From Mayamaea pseudoterrestris (taxonomy: Eukaryota), in the NCBI GenBank assembly GCA_027923505.1, contig BROI01000011.1, positions 248,001 to 312,000 of the forward strand: 64,000 nt of DNA, written 5' to 3'. Shown here one piece after another: positions 19,621 to 31,030 of this stretch (position 1 is the first letter of the stretch; every line of letters starts with the position of its first letter). The notes beneath the pieces are model-generated. The model was not told the DNA's origin. It ran no database searches and saw only the letters and a list, made by a program, of their open reading frames with translations. The translations under genes were made by a program, and so were the position numbers.

Positions 19621-20982
19621 ACACCTAGCCGCAGTCCAAGCAGGACCCCAAGCCGAATGCCAAGCAGGACACCGTCTCGCACTCCAAGCAGGACACCTTC
19701 TCGCATGCCAAGCAGAAGTCCTAGCCGTACGCCAAATACGTCGCCAAGCCGCACACCGAGCAGGTCACCAAGTAGGGCACCAAGCAGTAAACCGAGCGAG
19801 ACACCATCTCGCACACCAAGCAGTAGCCCTAGCCACATTCCTAGCATGACTCCGTCACAGTCCCCTAGTCGCATGCCTAGTGCAACACCTTCCCACATGC
19901 CCAGCCGGACGCCGTCTTTCACTCCAAGCAAGGCACCAAGCAAAACACCAAGTATGACTCCTTCGCAAGTTCCCAGTCAATCTCCGAGTGGTGCACCAAG
20001 CAAGACACCTTCTCAAACTCCAAGCCACATGCCAAGCCGCACACCCAGCAAATCTCCTTCTCGTTTTCCAAGCCACACACCATCACGCAATCCAAGCAGA
20101 GCTCCAAGCAATGCGCCAAGTCGGAGCCCTTCTTACAAACCAAGCCGAACACCTAGCCGTACCCCGAGTAGGTCACCAAGCCGCACGCCCAGCAGGACAC
20201 CTAGCCGCTCACCGAGCAGGTTTCCTTCTCGCATGCCAAGCAGAACTCCAAGCCGCACACCAAGCCAGAGCCCAAGTCGCACTCCTTCACGCACGCCCAG
20301 CAGGATGCCAAGCCGCGCACCAAGCAGGTCCCCTTCTCGCATGCCAAGCAGAACTCCGAGCCGCACACCAAGCAGGAGCCCAAGTCGCACTCCTTCGCGC
20401 ACGCCCAGCAGGACACCAAGCCGCACTCCAAGCAGATCCCCTTCTCGCATGCCAAACAGCACTCCGAGCCGTACCCCAAGCCGGACACCTAGCAGAACAC
20501 CTTCTCGCACGCCGAGCCGCAGTCCAAGCAGACTGCCCAGCAGAACCCCAAGCCGTACGCCAAGCAGGACACCATCTCGCACACCAAGCAGGAGCCCAAG
20601 CCGCACTCCTTCACGGACGCCAAGTAGGTCACCAAGTCGCACACCAAGCAGGAGCCCAAGCCGCACTCCTTCTCGCACTCCAAGCAGGATCCCAAGCAGG
20701 TTGCCAAGCAGAACCCCAAGCCGTACGCCAAGCCGCACTCCTTCTCGCACACCAAGCAGAGCACCGAGCCGCACCCCAAGCAGGACCCCAAGCCGTACGC
20801 CTAGCAGGAAACCTTCTCGCACACCAAGCAGAGCACCGAGCAGGACCCCGAGCAGGACCCCTAGCAGGAAACCTTCTCGCACACCCAGCAGAGCTCCAAG
20901 CCGTACGCCTAGCAGAAAACCTTCTCGCACACCGAGTAGGCAGCCAAGCCACACCCCCAGCAGGGCTCCCTCTCGCGCTCCA
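19621..20982 (+). repeat. Coding 12-bp degenerate tandem repeat, ~113 x-P-S-R tetrapeptides
   Basis: TPSR/SPSR/MPSR/APSR/KPSR units with heavy synonymous variation. Confidence 0.95.
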
Positions 20983-21603
20983 AATGGCTTGCGAGGTACC
21001 CCTAGTGCCCCAACATTTGACCCCGAGCCTGGCTTGGCCAAGGCTAGAAGCTTGGGCAAAGCTGCCGTAAAGAACTGTTGCAAGGGAACGAAACGCAAAC
21101 GCACAGCGACAATGGAAAGTGATTGCTTTGTTTCTTACCAAGCTGATGCCCTCACGACTGGTAAGAAGGAGAATGACTACATTGGCAAGGATGGCAAGAA
21201 AGTTTTCAAAAAGGAATATAAGAAGGGCGTCAAGGCTGGGAAGAAGGAAAAGGAGGGAACAGGCATGTGCTTGACTCCATAATGTCTATTAGTGGTTCAG
21301 GTGCGCAAGTCTCTGACAGTTTTTTCATTGTAAACTTTTTACATTAGTTGAATGCTATATTTCCATTAAAGTAGTAAAGTATTGTTGCTTCCATAAACAT
21401 TATAGCGACATTCAGCGCTCGCTTGACCGCGACAATCCTAAAATCGCGTCGCAGGGGTGATCACGAGTGTAACAATGCGACACGCTCAAGCCCTTCATTG
21501 TGCGCGACGACACTGATCTCCCAGCAGCCCAAAAGCTGCACTGTGTACCCAAATAGAGCATATTGCAAATGCAACAATAGATGAAGAGAGAGACAGAGCA
21601 CGT

Positions 21604-23142
21604 ATGAATCATAATGGCGACAAGGAGTCAGAGGCATCTCAGAGTTTCGACGAACATCAGCTGCCGGACCCAGCGTCATTAGAATATTCGAACGAATCAT
21701 GGAAGGGCCTACTTTGGAGTCGCTTGTTGGAGCATCCGATTCAGAATCTTGTACTTGCACTCATTGTAGCGAGGGTGATCCAGTTGTTTATGTCATTCAT
21801 GGCTGCAACGTTATCAACGGAGAAGGACGGGACGATGAGTCACATAGCAACGAACCATCACGATCAAGCTTTTGCAAACGATGATCCTCGCTTGCGCAGT
21901 CGACTATTGAATGCTCCATTGCCAAACCATTTGGAGCTTGAAGAAAGCGTCGAAGAAAAGCAAGCAACCTCTGTAGTCGAGAGCGATGTCAGTGTCATTG
22001 ACGACTCGCCAACGCAACTACGTCCGACAAACGAAACGGAGTGGCGCAAGAGTACGCTTGCAAGCGCCGAGAAACTGAGTAAAGAACAAGATAGTGTAAA
22101 CACGGAGATGAATGTGGATAAGGTAATGCTTCAATCAGAGCGACACGAATGCGATAACCCATGGGCTGCTCTAGATTCTTTCAATACAGAACAAGCAGTT
22201 ATTAATACATCCCCCAAAAATGTTGACAGCAACAGCAACAATAACGACAATCATCCAGGTCTCGATGCCTTTTACCATTGGTTTGATTTGGAAGTTTCCT
22301 TGTTTCGCATCTATGAGCGAGGTCGAACCGATTATGAAGTGGTGCCACCCTACAATCCCTCCAGTCGTCGCGGAACTGTCAAGGTGGCGCTCAAGGTATT
22401 GAATCAAACAAGTCACCAACGAATCACCGCCTACTGGGTTGACTACAAAGGCAAGCTTGTAGATAAAGGCACGTTTGAGCCGCATGAAACGTGGGTGCAA
22501 ACAACATGGGTGGATCATCCCTGGGTCTTTAGCAACGATGAAAACGTTGTTTTGCTACACTACGTACCCTATCGCATTGTTCCAACCACGACGCAGGAAC
22601 CAACGACTGATCCAGACAATTCTGCCTGTGGCATGCATCGATTCACTATCAAGGATGCCGCTCCATCCGACGCATTGATATTTCGTTGCGCCGTGGACGA
22701 CGCCGTCTTGCCATTTCCAGCCTGCGACTACTTTTCCACTCCCGAGTTTGCCCTCGACAAGGTGTTGCTGCACTGCTACCGCATGAACTATACTGGTTGG
22801 TTGACGCTGACAAAGTACTTGAGCAAGGTTGCGCAACATCCCGACCTGCCAAAATATCGAAGAATTCGAACGGCCAATGCTCACTTTGCGCAAGACGTTT
22901 GGAATACTCCCGCCCGCGGAGTATTGCTGGCACTGGGATTCGTCGAGCGACAGGCGCATGTCGAGTTGGCAGGCGACGTTGGTACCTTGTCGAGGGAGCG
23001 CGTCCAAGACGTTTCTCGCTTGCTGTATCATTTGGAACGTTGGCAGGCTTACGCGGAGAGTGGCGTCTTGGCGGAGCAGCCGGAAGGAGCGGATGGGTTT
23101 GGACGAGCGGGATTTGGGCGTGCTGGACAGATGAATATGTAA
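21604..23142 (+). CDS. Membrane-anchored protein with a VHL beta-domain and a C-terminal PUB domain (512 aa)
   Basis: Hydrophobic segment near residues 48-70. VHL-like LKVLNQTSHQRITAYWVDYKG...VQTTWVDHPWVF. PUB-like LTKYLSKVAQHPDLPKYRRIRTANAHF...VLLALGFVE. Confidence 0.75.
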   Translation: MNHNGDKESEASQSFDEHQLPDPASLEYSNESWKGLLWSRLLEHPIQNLVLALIVARVIQLFMSFMAATLSTEKDGTMSHIATNHHDQAFANDDPRLRSRLLNAPLPNHLELEESVEEKQATSVVESDVSVIDDSPTQLRPTNETEWRKSTLASAEKLSKEQDSVNTEMNVDKVMLQSERHECDNPWAALDSFNTEQAVINTSPKNVDSNSNNNDNHPGLDAFYHWFDLEVSLFRIYERGRTDYEVVPPYNPSSRRGTVKVALKVLNQTSHQRITAYWVDYKGKLVDKGTFEPHETWVQTTWVDHPWVFSNDENVVLLHYVPYRIVPTTTQEPTTDPDNSACGMHRFTIKDAAPSDALIFRCAVDDAVLPFPACDYFSTPEFALDKVLLHCYRMNYTGWLTLTKYLSKVAQHPDLPKYRRIRTANAHFAQDVWNTPARGVLLALGFVERQAHVELAGDVGTLSRERVQDVSRLLYHLERWQAYAESGVLAEQPEGADGFGRAGFGRAGQMNM

Positions 23143-23209
23143 TTTGAATTACTATAACGAAATGCTAGTAAATGCATATATTGGTAGCCATTTATTTAAG
23201 AACGATTTA

Positions 23210-23815
23210 CTACACTAGATCCACCTTTGCACCAACCGCCTCCAGTTTCGCCTTGAGCTCCTCGGCTGCTTCGGGCGTCAATCCCTTTTGAATCGTCTTT
23301 GGAAAGCCTTCCACCAGTTCCTTGGCTTCCTTGAGTCCCAAACCAGCAATGGAGCGAACCTCCTTGATGACTTTGATTTTACTCTTTTCGTCAAAGCCAG
23401 TCAGTTTCAAGTCCACCAGTTTGACAGTTTCAGCGACTGCTTCCTCCACAATTCCGTCACTTCCGTCGTTACTGTCCGAATGCCGCTTCTCCAGTTGCTT
23501 GGTGAGTGCCGCGTGTTGCTTTGGTGTCAGCACAATGCCCATTCGTCGATTCATCTCCTCCGTCAGCAAGGACGTTTCAATCATGTCGAGCCACAGAATC
23601 TTGTGAAATATTGCATCCACCTTTTTGATCGAGTCCTGATTGAGACGATGCGTCGTCCAAACGATTGGCGGTGGTCCGGGTGGTGGTGATGATGGAGTAA
23701 TAGTTGATGTTGCGGCTTCCGACAAGCAGCGCGTGTTGACTGGCGCAAGTGCTCGATTGGATGCTGCTGCTCCTGCGAGTCGTCGTAGAGCTTTCGTATG
23801 ATTCGTAAGCATCAT
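23210..23815 (-). CDS. MRPL12: Mitochondrial ribosomal protein bL12 (L7/L12)
   Basis: C-terminal [24 protein letters not shown]...[12 protein letters not shown] and an Arg/Ala-rich presequence. Confidence 0.92.
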   Translation of the reverse strand: MMLTNHTKALRRLAGAAASNRALAPVNTRCLSEAATSTITPSSPPPGPPPIVWTTHRLNQDSIKKVDAIFHKILWLDMIETSLLTEEMNRRMGIVLTPKQHAALTKQLEKRHSDSNDGSDGIVEEAVAETVKLVDLKLTGFDEKSKIKVIKEVRSIAGLGLKEAKELVEGFPKTIQKGLTPEAAEELKAKLEAVGAKVDLV

Positions 23816-24293
23816 GCTTTATGCGTGTTCACGTAGTGTAGTATGGAGTGGAGCGTTTTGCTTTCAAAAACGACAGTTTAGAATTCCTTTCCTCATGGTG
23901 GCGTTTCGCGGTCGTCGTCGAGTGCCGTGTAATTACCGCTATGACAGTCATTTGCGAAATCAAAGACGATGTTCAACTTCGAACGCAATTCGCCAAGCAG
24001 TCATTCATGCATCCATGGCCCTCGTCGCAAATGTCAATTGCATTCAAGCAATATAAAAAAATATCACAGGAAAACAGCTGAATAATATTGCCTCATTAAA
24101 ACTGTCATTGCCCACAAGGCTCGTGTCCTGCTTGTGAGTGAGAATTGTGCGAAGGATGGCGCTCTATTCGTGGATGGTCCATGTCACTGCCGCTCTTGGA
24201 GAATCTGCGAAAACAACAAGCGCCGCAGGCTCATTAAAAGCATTTGTTTGCAAGAGGATTGCATTGTCTCATCTCTGGGATCAAGCTGGACTC

Positions 24294-24950
24294 ATGTTTC
24301 GCACAATAGTGGGAGTGGACGACTCATTCAGGATTGATATTGTTGTCGACAATCCCAAAAGCCATGAGCACACGTTCACATCTTTTGCAAGGCCCAGTGC
24401 AAAAACAAGCCAGTCATGTAGAAAGCGCTCAATGTTTGCGAAACAGAAGAAGCGGTCCGACTCGAATCGATGGAACAACAGTAGCAGTGATAGCTTGGCC
24501 TTCGTACCCGACCGCCGCGAAGGAGGACCGCTAAGCTCGCCATTTTTCAAGGCCTTTCCTCACAGTCTGCGGAGGCCTCATCAAGAGTCGCAATCCTTGC
24601 AAGCATTTTGTCCTATTAAACCTCCCAGATGCCCCATTCGAAGGGATAGCATCGACCTTGACGATCTTAACGAGAGTATTGATCTGTGCTCCCTACTGAG
24701 TCTGCACGATTCGCACGCGTTAATCGACAGCCATTGCAGCGAAATGTCGTTAGATGATGACTTGAATTACGAGTTGCATTCATCCTTTGTCTCTCCCGTC
24801 AAGCCTAGACGAAGAAGAGAACAGAATGCACTACATGGTCGCGCATCAACGGTAAGCTCCTCTGACCTCCGCCAGCTCGTGGAGCTGGATCAGCCTCCTC
24901 CGCCTCGGTCGCCCATTAGAAGAGTAAGAGTTGGAGCAAATGTCGCATGA
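24294..24950 (+). CDS. Hypothetical low-complexity Ser/Arg/Pro-rich protein (start uncertain)
   Basis: Long ORF with IVVDNPK and repeated P-x-x-P-I-R-R motifs. No recognisable domain. Confidence 0.55.
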   Translation: MFRTIVGVDDSFRIDIVVDNPKSHEHTFTSFARPSAKTSQSCRKRSMFAKQKKRSDSNRWNNSSSDSLAFVPDRREGGPLSSPFFKAFPHSLRRPHQESQSLQAFCPIKPPRCPIRRDSIDLDDLNESIDLCSLLSLHDSHALIDSHCSEMSLDDDLNYELHSSFVSPVKPRRRREQNALHGRASTVSSSDLRQLVELDQPPPPRSPIRRVRVGANVA

Positions 24951-25272
24951 ATATAATCGTTTATAGGAGCATACAACGTACTCCTACATTTCATTAAGTC
25001 GACTGGCGCATCCTTTTGCTACAACGATCAAACCGGCGCCAAGGGTGCGGGCGTTACGGGATCTCTCGAGCCGTCGTCGCCGCCATGCACATTGAACAAA
25101 AAGTTAATAACTAATCAAAATGTAAAATTAAATAAAACCCACCATTCTTTCGTAAGCGTAAGAGCGACCTTTAGTTGCCGTCAGTGATGATGCTGCACCG
25201 ACTGTCTTTCTAATTCAAAATATGCATGGATGCATGGTCGCATCGTGCGAACCTGATAGACGCCAAATGCGC

Positions 25273-27360
25273 TTAAACACTCCTCTGCCTCATCTTTGGC
25301 ATATCATGTGGTAGTATATCTGCGATATTCGCATCTCCGAGCGTATGTCTCCTCGCACGATGAACCAAGGATCGATCGCTGCCATGCCCACGGCGCCCTT
25401 GACCTCGAAACGCCGCCCGAGTAGGAAAGTCAACATCGTCTGCTTCCATCGAGTCTGAAGGAGGAGGGCCTGCATGAAACAGTCTTTGCTCTTGCCGATA
25501 GTCATCCACAGCCTCATCATCACCGAAAGGATCCAAATATCTCAAATCGCGCTTGTCAAACACTCGTTCAAGGACAAGGGAACGCAATGGCACGAGAAGG
25601 AACAAGAAGACTGGATAAAGATAGCCAAGACCTGTCACAAACGTCGCAACTCCCCATATGATCAAGGTGCAAACCGTTTGAATAATTGTCCAGGTCTGAA
25701 CCACCTTCCACTCAACTTCCTTTACAATTGGAATCAGCGGTCGACGCTTTGGAAGAGTCACCATGAGTAAGATTCGCTCCCAGACTTCGCACACATGCAA
25801 CGCTCCCATTCCCAAATACAGCAAAAGCCCAAACAAGGCTCCCCTCGGAATCCAGGAAACCACTCGAAAGGCCACCAATGCAACAAACATGAGGCAGGCC
25901 TGCGCAAGGGCTGACCAACGTTGCTCTTCGCAATGCGTCACACGCTCGCGCTTGATACCAAACTCATCAACGTAGTATTCGCGCGTACACAGTGCTCGGG
26001 TATGCAATGGTGCCTGCGGGAGGAGACCACTCGCTGGCGGCAAGCCGAGAATGGCGCAAGGAAAAAAGGTGATACCCAAAACAAGAAAATCCCAATTATA
26101 TGCCGGCGGCTTGGCCAAGTTGAAATCGGCAGTTTGCGACAAGATGGAACTGACATTGTGGTCAATGAAAAAGAGCAAAAAGAACATTAACCCTGGAATC
26201 ATGGCGCCAAAGATTCCTGCCGCTCCAATGTTCTGCAATGGATTCGCCACCCACGTTCGATCCGCCGTCGGTTGCCAATCCCACGGAAACTCGACCGACA
26301 CGCGCGGCAATCCCTGGCTGCCATTGTCTGCTTGATTAAAGGCTGGAATGTACGACACGGCCGTGACTAACACAATGGCAATCATTGTATTGTATCGCGA
26401 CAAGAATATGCGCACTTGACGCGTAAAGAAACCCCACTGATCCGCAAAGTGCAGCGTCCAGGACACGTACATGGTCAAGAGACCAAGCAAAAAGGATGCA
26501 TAGTTTAACGACAGCTCGGCGTATCGCTCCTGCAGATTCATGTCTGGATCAGCCTTTTCCAAAATTGGACCGACCAAATTCTCAAGGCTCAAATACATGA
26601 ACGTGAGCGCTGTGAATAGTTCAAATATTTGCGTCGTAAACGGCGTCACCTTCCAAACCAAGCTGACGATACCAACCATGGCCGAAAGAATGTGAAACAG
26701 CCCAGCCCAAACACAGGTCCAAAAGAAGAAGCTAAAGTACTCGGCGTGAAAGGTCGCCGCCAGCGAGTAGGACGTTTTCACCAAGATTGCCACCAATCCA
26801 GTGATACCAAGCAGCGTGAGTGGTTGTCCTGCCAAAATGGCGTACAATATTCCAGCAATGGCGCTACTGAGCAAGGTTTCCGCCGTTGACAAGTTTCCTT
26901 CCGTCGCCTCGTTCATAATTTCGGCAAAAATGAGGGCCGGAATGAGTTGAATGATAAAGGCGTAAATGGAAGCGTTCAAAATTGTCACGAACGATTTTGG
27001 CCGACCCCAGTCGTCGGCGTAGTAGGGCAAGCGAGCCGCCAAATCTTGCTTGACTCCAGTCAAAAGCTGCAACCGAAAGACTTCTTCCTGCGTCTTGTTC
27101 GTACCGACAGTGTGAATGGCGGATGAATCCTTGCAGCTATCCTTGTCGTCGTCATGGTCGTCAATGCCCCATTCAACGTTTGACAAGACATGCTCGTCTC
27201 CACTACTCGTCACATTTTCGTTATCACTCCAGTGGTGCAAAGATTCGTCGGCATGTGGCACGCGCCCGCTCCTTGACTGCGGCTCCAAGTCAAGCTCCGT
27301 GGCGCATGTTGCGTCATCCTTGTGCTGCTTGGAGGAGGAGGATGTTGTTGCTCTCGCCAT
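25273..27360 (-). CDS. SLC4-family anion transporter (bicarbonate or borate, BOR1-like), 695 aa
   Basis: DLAARLPYYADDW, IPALIFA, AGQPLTLLGITG, LFFIDHNVSS, GLLPQAPLHTRAL, EEQRWS, LFGLLLYLG and multiple TM helices. Confidence 0.92.
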   Translation of the reverse strand: MARATTSSSSKQHKDDATCATELDLEPQSRSGRVPHADESLHHWSDNENVTSSGDEHVLSNVEWGIDDHDDDKDSCKDSSAIHTVGTNKTQEEVFRLQLLTGVKQDLAARLPYYADDWGRPKSFVTILNASIYAFIIQLIPALIFAEIMNEATEGNLSTAETLLSSAIAGILYAILAGQPLTLLGITGLVAILVKTSYSLAATFHAEYFSFFFWTCVWAGLFHILSAMVGIVSLVWKVTPFTTQIFELFTALTFMYLSLENLVGPILEKADPDMNLQERYAELSLNYASFLLGLLTMYVSWTLHFADQWGFFTRQVRIFLSRYNTMIAIVLVTAVSYIPAFNQADNGSQGLPRVSVEFPWDWQPTADRTWVANPLQNIGAAGIFGAMIPGLMFFLLFFIDHNVSSILSQTADFNLAKPPAYNWDFLVLGITFFPCAILGLPPASGLLPQAPLHTRALCTREYYVDEFGIKRERVTHCEEQRWSALAQACLMFVALVAFRVVSWIPRGALFGLLLYLGMGALHVCEVWERILLMVTLPKRRPLIPIVKEVEWKVVQTWTIIQTVCTLIIWGVATFVTGLGYLYPVFLFLLVPLRSLVLERVFDKRDLRYLDPFGDDEAVDDYRQEQRLFHAGPPPSDSMEADDVDFPTRAAFRGQGRRGHGSDRSLVHRARRHTLGDANIADILPHDMPKMRQRSV

Positions 27361-27935
27361 GGTCGTATGCTTTCTTTAGATTGCGATGCTTTTTCTATGT
27401 CGCTTGACCTTTCAATTTACGGTTAGTGACTCATTTGCATGTTCATAACTGTTCCTTTCTACGAGCTTTTAACGTTATTTTCAAAGTGGCAACGGCTGCG
27501 CGCAATGGTGAGATGAACGCCATGGAAGAAATCTGGCGACGGAACAAATGGCGATCCAACGCCACACGTCGCCGCATTTGAATGACGTCAGTGTGAGTAC
27601 CGGTATGACGTGGAGTAAGTACTGGCAGTTGGTGCGCATCGAAACGAGCTAACGTAGTTTCACCTGCGCTCTACCGCTATTTCCAATACGTACGATCTTT
27701 TAGCGACTGTACCTGGGAGTCTTAATCCAATTACCGAGTTACCAGGTCCGCTTGTATAAATTTGAAAGGCCGATTCCAGTCTGCGTAGTGCCAGCTATTG
27801 AAATTTGCAAATGATACGACCAATCGTTTCCATCTATCAGTGACAAGCAAAAGGAAATTGTAGATATCAAAGTGTATGAAATCATGTTAACAAAATTTGC
27901 AACCAATTAAAGCAACGCTCAATAGCATGCCATGT

Positions 27936-28993
27936 TTATTCACGATGGACTGTCAAGGCCGTTTCAAAGTTGCGCCAGATAAAGTCTTTGATCTCCTGCA
28001 GCCCCGTACCCAGCTTGACCGAAGCAAACACTGTCGGTCCAGTCCCTCGCATTCGCTTGGCGTCTCGATCCATGACTGCCAAGTCTGCACCCACTGCGTC
28101 GGCCAAGTCAATCTTGTTAATGACCAGCAAGTCACTCTGCGTAATGCCAGGTCCACCCTTGCGTGGCACCTTGTCGCCGCCAGCCACGTCAATGACATAT
28201 ATGGTCAAATCGGCGAGCTCACTACTGAAATTGGCCGCCAAGTTGTCTCCGCCCGACTCGCACAGCAACAGCAGCGGACTCGTTGTTGTTGTTTCATCTC
28301 GCGCATGTTCCTTCGTCAGTTGCTCCAGCGCCAGCAAGTTGGCGCTCACGTCTTCGCGAATGGCGGCGTGCGGACAGCCGCCCGTCTCCACCGCTCTGAT
28401 GCGATTCTCCGGTAAGACTCCGGATCGCACCAAGAATTCGGCATCCTCCTGCGTGAAAATGTCGTTGGTGACAACGGCAAGGTTTGGTAGCGACTGGCAT
28501 AACGCGTGCACCAAGGCTGTCTGTTGAATGCGAATCAAAGATGAGAAAGATCATTCAAATGCTTTGTTCTAAACTGCCATGCATAATTTTAATGCTTTAA
28601 AAGTTGTCACAACGTTGAGCAAGCGAAAAGCGATCCAACTTGCTGTCTGCCCCACCCAATACCCAATCAGCAGCTGCAATAGCAGCATGACATACAGGTC
28701 TTCATCTTCTCCGATATATCCAAATCCTCCAATTCATTATTGGATCTCACCTTTCCACTTCCGACCGGTCCGCCAATGCCGACGGTGAAGGCGCGCTGCG
28801 TAAAGTCGCGATGGTGCTTCCAGCGATGGAGTCGTTGCGTTTCCGCAGGATACGAACCGGGTGACTCGTATGTGTAATGAGATCGAACATACATAGTCGT
28901 TGAACATGCTGGTAAGCATTTATGTAAGGAATGATGCGATATAACAGAGGTGAAACGGCCACATTGTAGCGGCACGACGAGGCGGTTCGCCAT
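27936..28993 (-). CDS. ureG: Urease accessory GTPase UreG; exons 28993-28751 and 28520-27936 (275 aa)
   Basis: [18 protein letters not shown] across a phase-0 intron, [65 protein letters not shown]. Confidence 0.96.
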
Positions 28994-29347
28994 GGTGGAT
29001 TTTGTCGGACGCCGAGCGCATCAAAGGCATGCAGAAGATCAGAACCGCAACGACAGAATGACGTTTCATTGATTGAAGACTCCCGCCGCGCCATGGCGCC
29101 ATGGAGGCGACCGTTTCGCCATTTTTTACGTCCGATGCGAGCTAGAATGGCGCATTCGGAAGACCAACGAAAGGCGACATCCATGTTCGAGCTATGGAAA
29201 TGACACTTATCGTCGTCGTGAGGAGGTATGATGCAGACCATCTTGTGATTCAACAATAATTAAGTCAACCGACAGCTTGTGCGATCGAGCTATCGACGAG
29301 CTACAAGCAGGCGCGTTCAGCAGCAACAATACCATAATTCAATAAAC

Positions 29348-30519
29348 ATGGGTGGACAACGCAATAGTTGCGGACTCGGCTCCTGTCTCTGTTTCTTTAT
29401 ACTCGCCGGAGTGGCGGCCACCTTGGCTTGGTACTTTACCAAGGGCCATGGCCAACTTCCGCCAAAGCTTCAAAACGCGCTCAACTACATTCCAACCTTG
29501 GGCGACTTTGAGAACGAGGCTCCCTTTGTGGAGGAGACTCCCAACGAAGTTCCACGGTGGCCGCACTCGGGTTATGGTTTGAGCATGGAGATTGTCAATG
29601 CGTTGGAAGATGACTTGTGGTACGAAACCAGCGTCTACGCTGCGAATATATAGTCGCCTGAGTACTTCGTCGAGCCATTGCTCACCATCGTCTTTTGCCA
29701 TAACCTTTCTTATACCAGGTCCACGTACTTTGACCAATCCGTCAGCGACTGGAACAGTGGCAGCCCCGACGTGCTCAATCTCACATCCTCCGTGGCTGGC
29801 TACGACGCTGACTGCACTCCCATTGACGGCGTCATCAAGGTTTGCAACAATGACTACGGTGACACTGGCTGGTACGGCATTAACGAGATTTCCGCCGTGG
29901 GGAAACAGATTGTGTCAAGCATTGCCAAAATGAACGACTACTACTTTACCAGTGACGCATCCGACATGACTGACCGGAGGCAGTACACCATGTGTCACGA
30001 AATGGGTCATAGTATGTTTACAAGAGTCGTAGCGCACGCTCGTGCAATCTCTTCCTGCGCTTGCTTACCTTGCTCTTTTGTTATTTTCACACAGGTTTTG
30101 GCTTGCCGCACGTGGACGAGTCATTCAACAACGCCGACACTGGTTCGTGCTTGGATTACACCAACCGCCCACAGGACAATCTGCACCCAAACTCGCTCAA
30201 TTGGAACTTTTTGAATGACTTGTATGGCACTGGAAACGCCACCATGGAAACGACTGCTCCGTCAGGCAATGGCGATGATGATGCAGTCGGCCCAACGACA
30301 AGTAATGGCCAAGGGAGAGAACGGCAGTTGGTGCGGCAGCTCCCAGACTGGGTACACGAGGAATGGATACAAGTGAGCGCTGCAGCAACCGTTCGGGGCA
30401 ATGTGCCATCGCATTGGCGAAGACTGCGGTCTAGCAGTCATGGCGATGTCCACGAGGTTGAGCTAGGAGAGGGGTATTCAATCTTTGTCGAGCGATTGAG
30501 GCCGGCATGGTTGCACTAG
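29348..30519 (+). CDS. N-terminally anchored metzincin-type zinc metalloprotease, paralog A; exons 29348-29619, 29719-30011, 30095-30519 (329 aa)
   Basis: Spliced HEMGHSFGLPH (HExxHxxGxxH) and an N-terminal TM helix. Introns keep the frame. Confidence 0.88.
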
Positions 30520-31030
30520 GCAGTGTTTGGTCAAATTGAAAAGCGCATTGTACTTATAGAGCTTTGCATATTTGTATATTTGCCTCTTCTGCTGGCATTA
30601 AACTTGTGATTAGTGTATCCGGGGGAGACGCCAAAAATGTTTGTTGCGAGACATTGCCCGCATAGCTTGATTGTAGTGGTACGACATGGTGACGTTTCAC
30701 TGGTTTCGAAATTTCGGGCGCGCCATTGGCATCGTGTCGTTCTTCGGCATTCGACAACCACGCTACATCCTTCGTCGAGCCACAACACCATCCGGAAGAG
30801 GCCTCAAGATTATTGTTATTTATAACGACGCGTACACCTACATCCGTTGACTATTGACTCGTGCAGCTTACTCATTCGTAACCAGTTCAATCACTAGCCT
30901 GCTGCTGTTGCTTGCCCCAACCAAGACACTTTTGCTCTCAACGCATCTCACTGTCAGCGTCGGCGAAACTATCACAAAGTTTCTCCTTCTTCTCCCTAAC
31001 TTCAAACTAAACACCACACATACATAAATC

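Larger units (their letters stand above)
11653..21282 (+). pseudogene. Secreted (T/S-P-S-R)n repeat protein gene disrupted by the retrotransposon; exons 11653-11742, 11863-12205, 12278-12383 + 19437-21282 (794 aa if the element is removed)
   Basis: Signal peptide MMRSSFAMLRLLAFAASIRSVLG and two GT-AG introns that keep the frame. Joining 12383 to 19437 gives ...EAPNG-Q-DGGRQCGTK... in frame with the repeat ORF; total 2385 nt = 795 codons. Confidence 0.85.

Noticed and set aside
19599..21141. Long alternative-frame and antisense ORFs over the TPSR repeat (e.g. 19988-21070 +, 20133-21104 -)
   Set aside because: Shadows of a 12-bp repeat that lacks stops in other frames. Only the TPSR frame has strict periodicity and joins the upstream exons.
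8107..23142. RBX1 and the VHL-domain gene as a linked cullin-ligase module
   Set aside because: Unrelated genes lie between them and no BC-box is evident, so proximity is probably coincidental.
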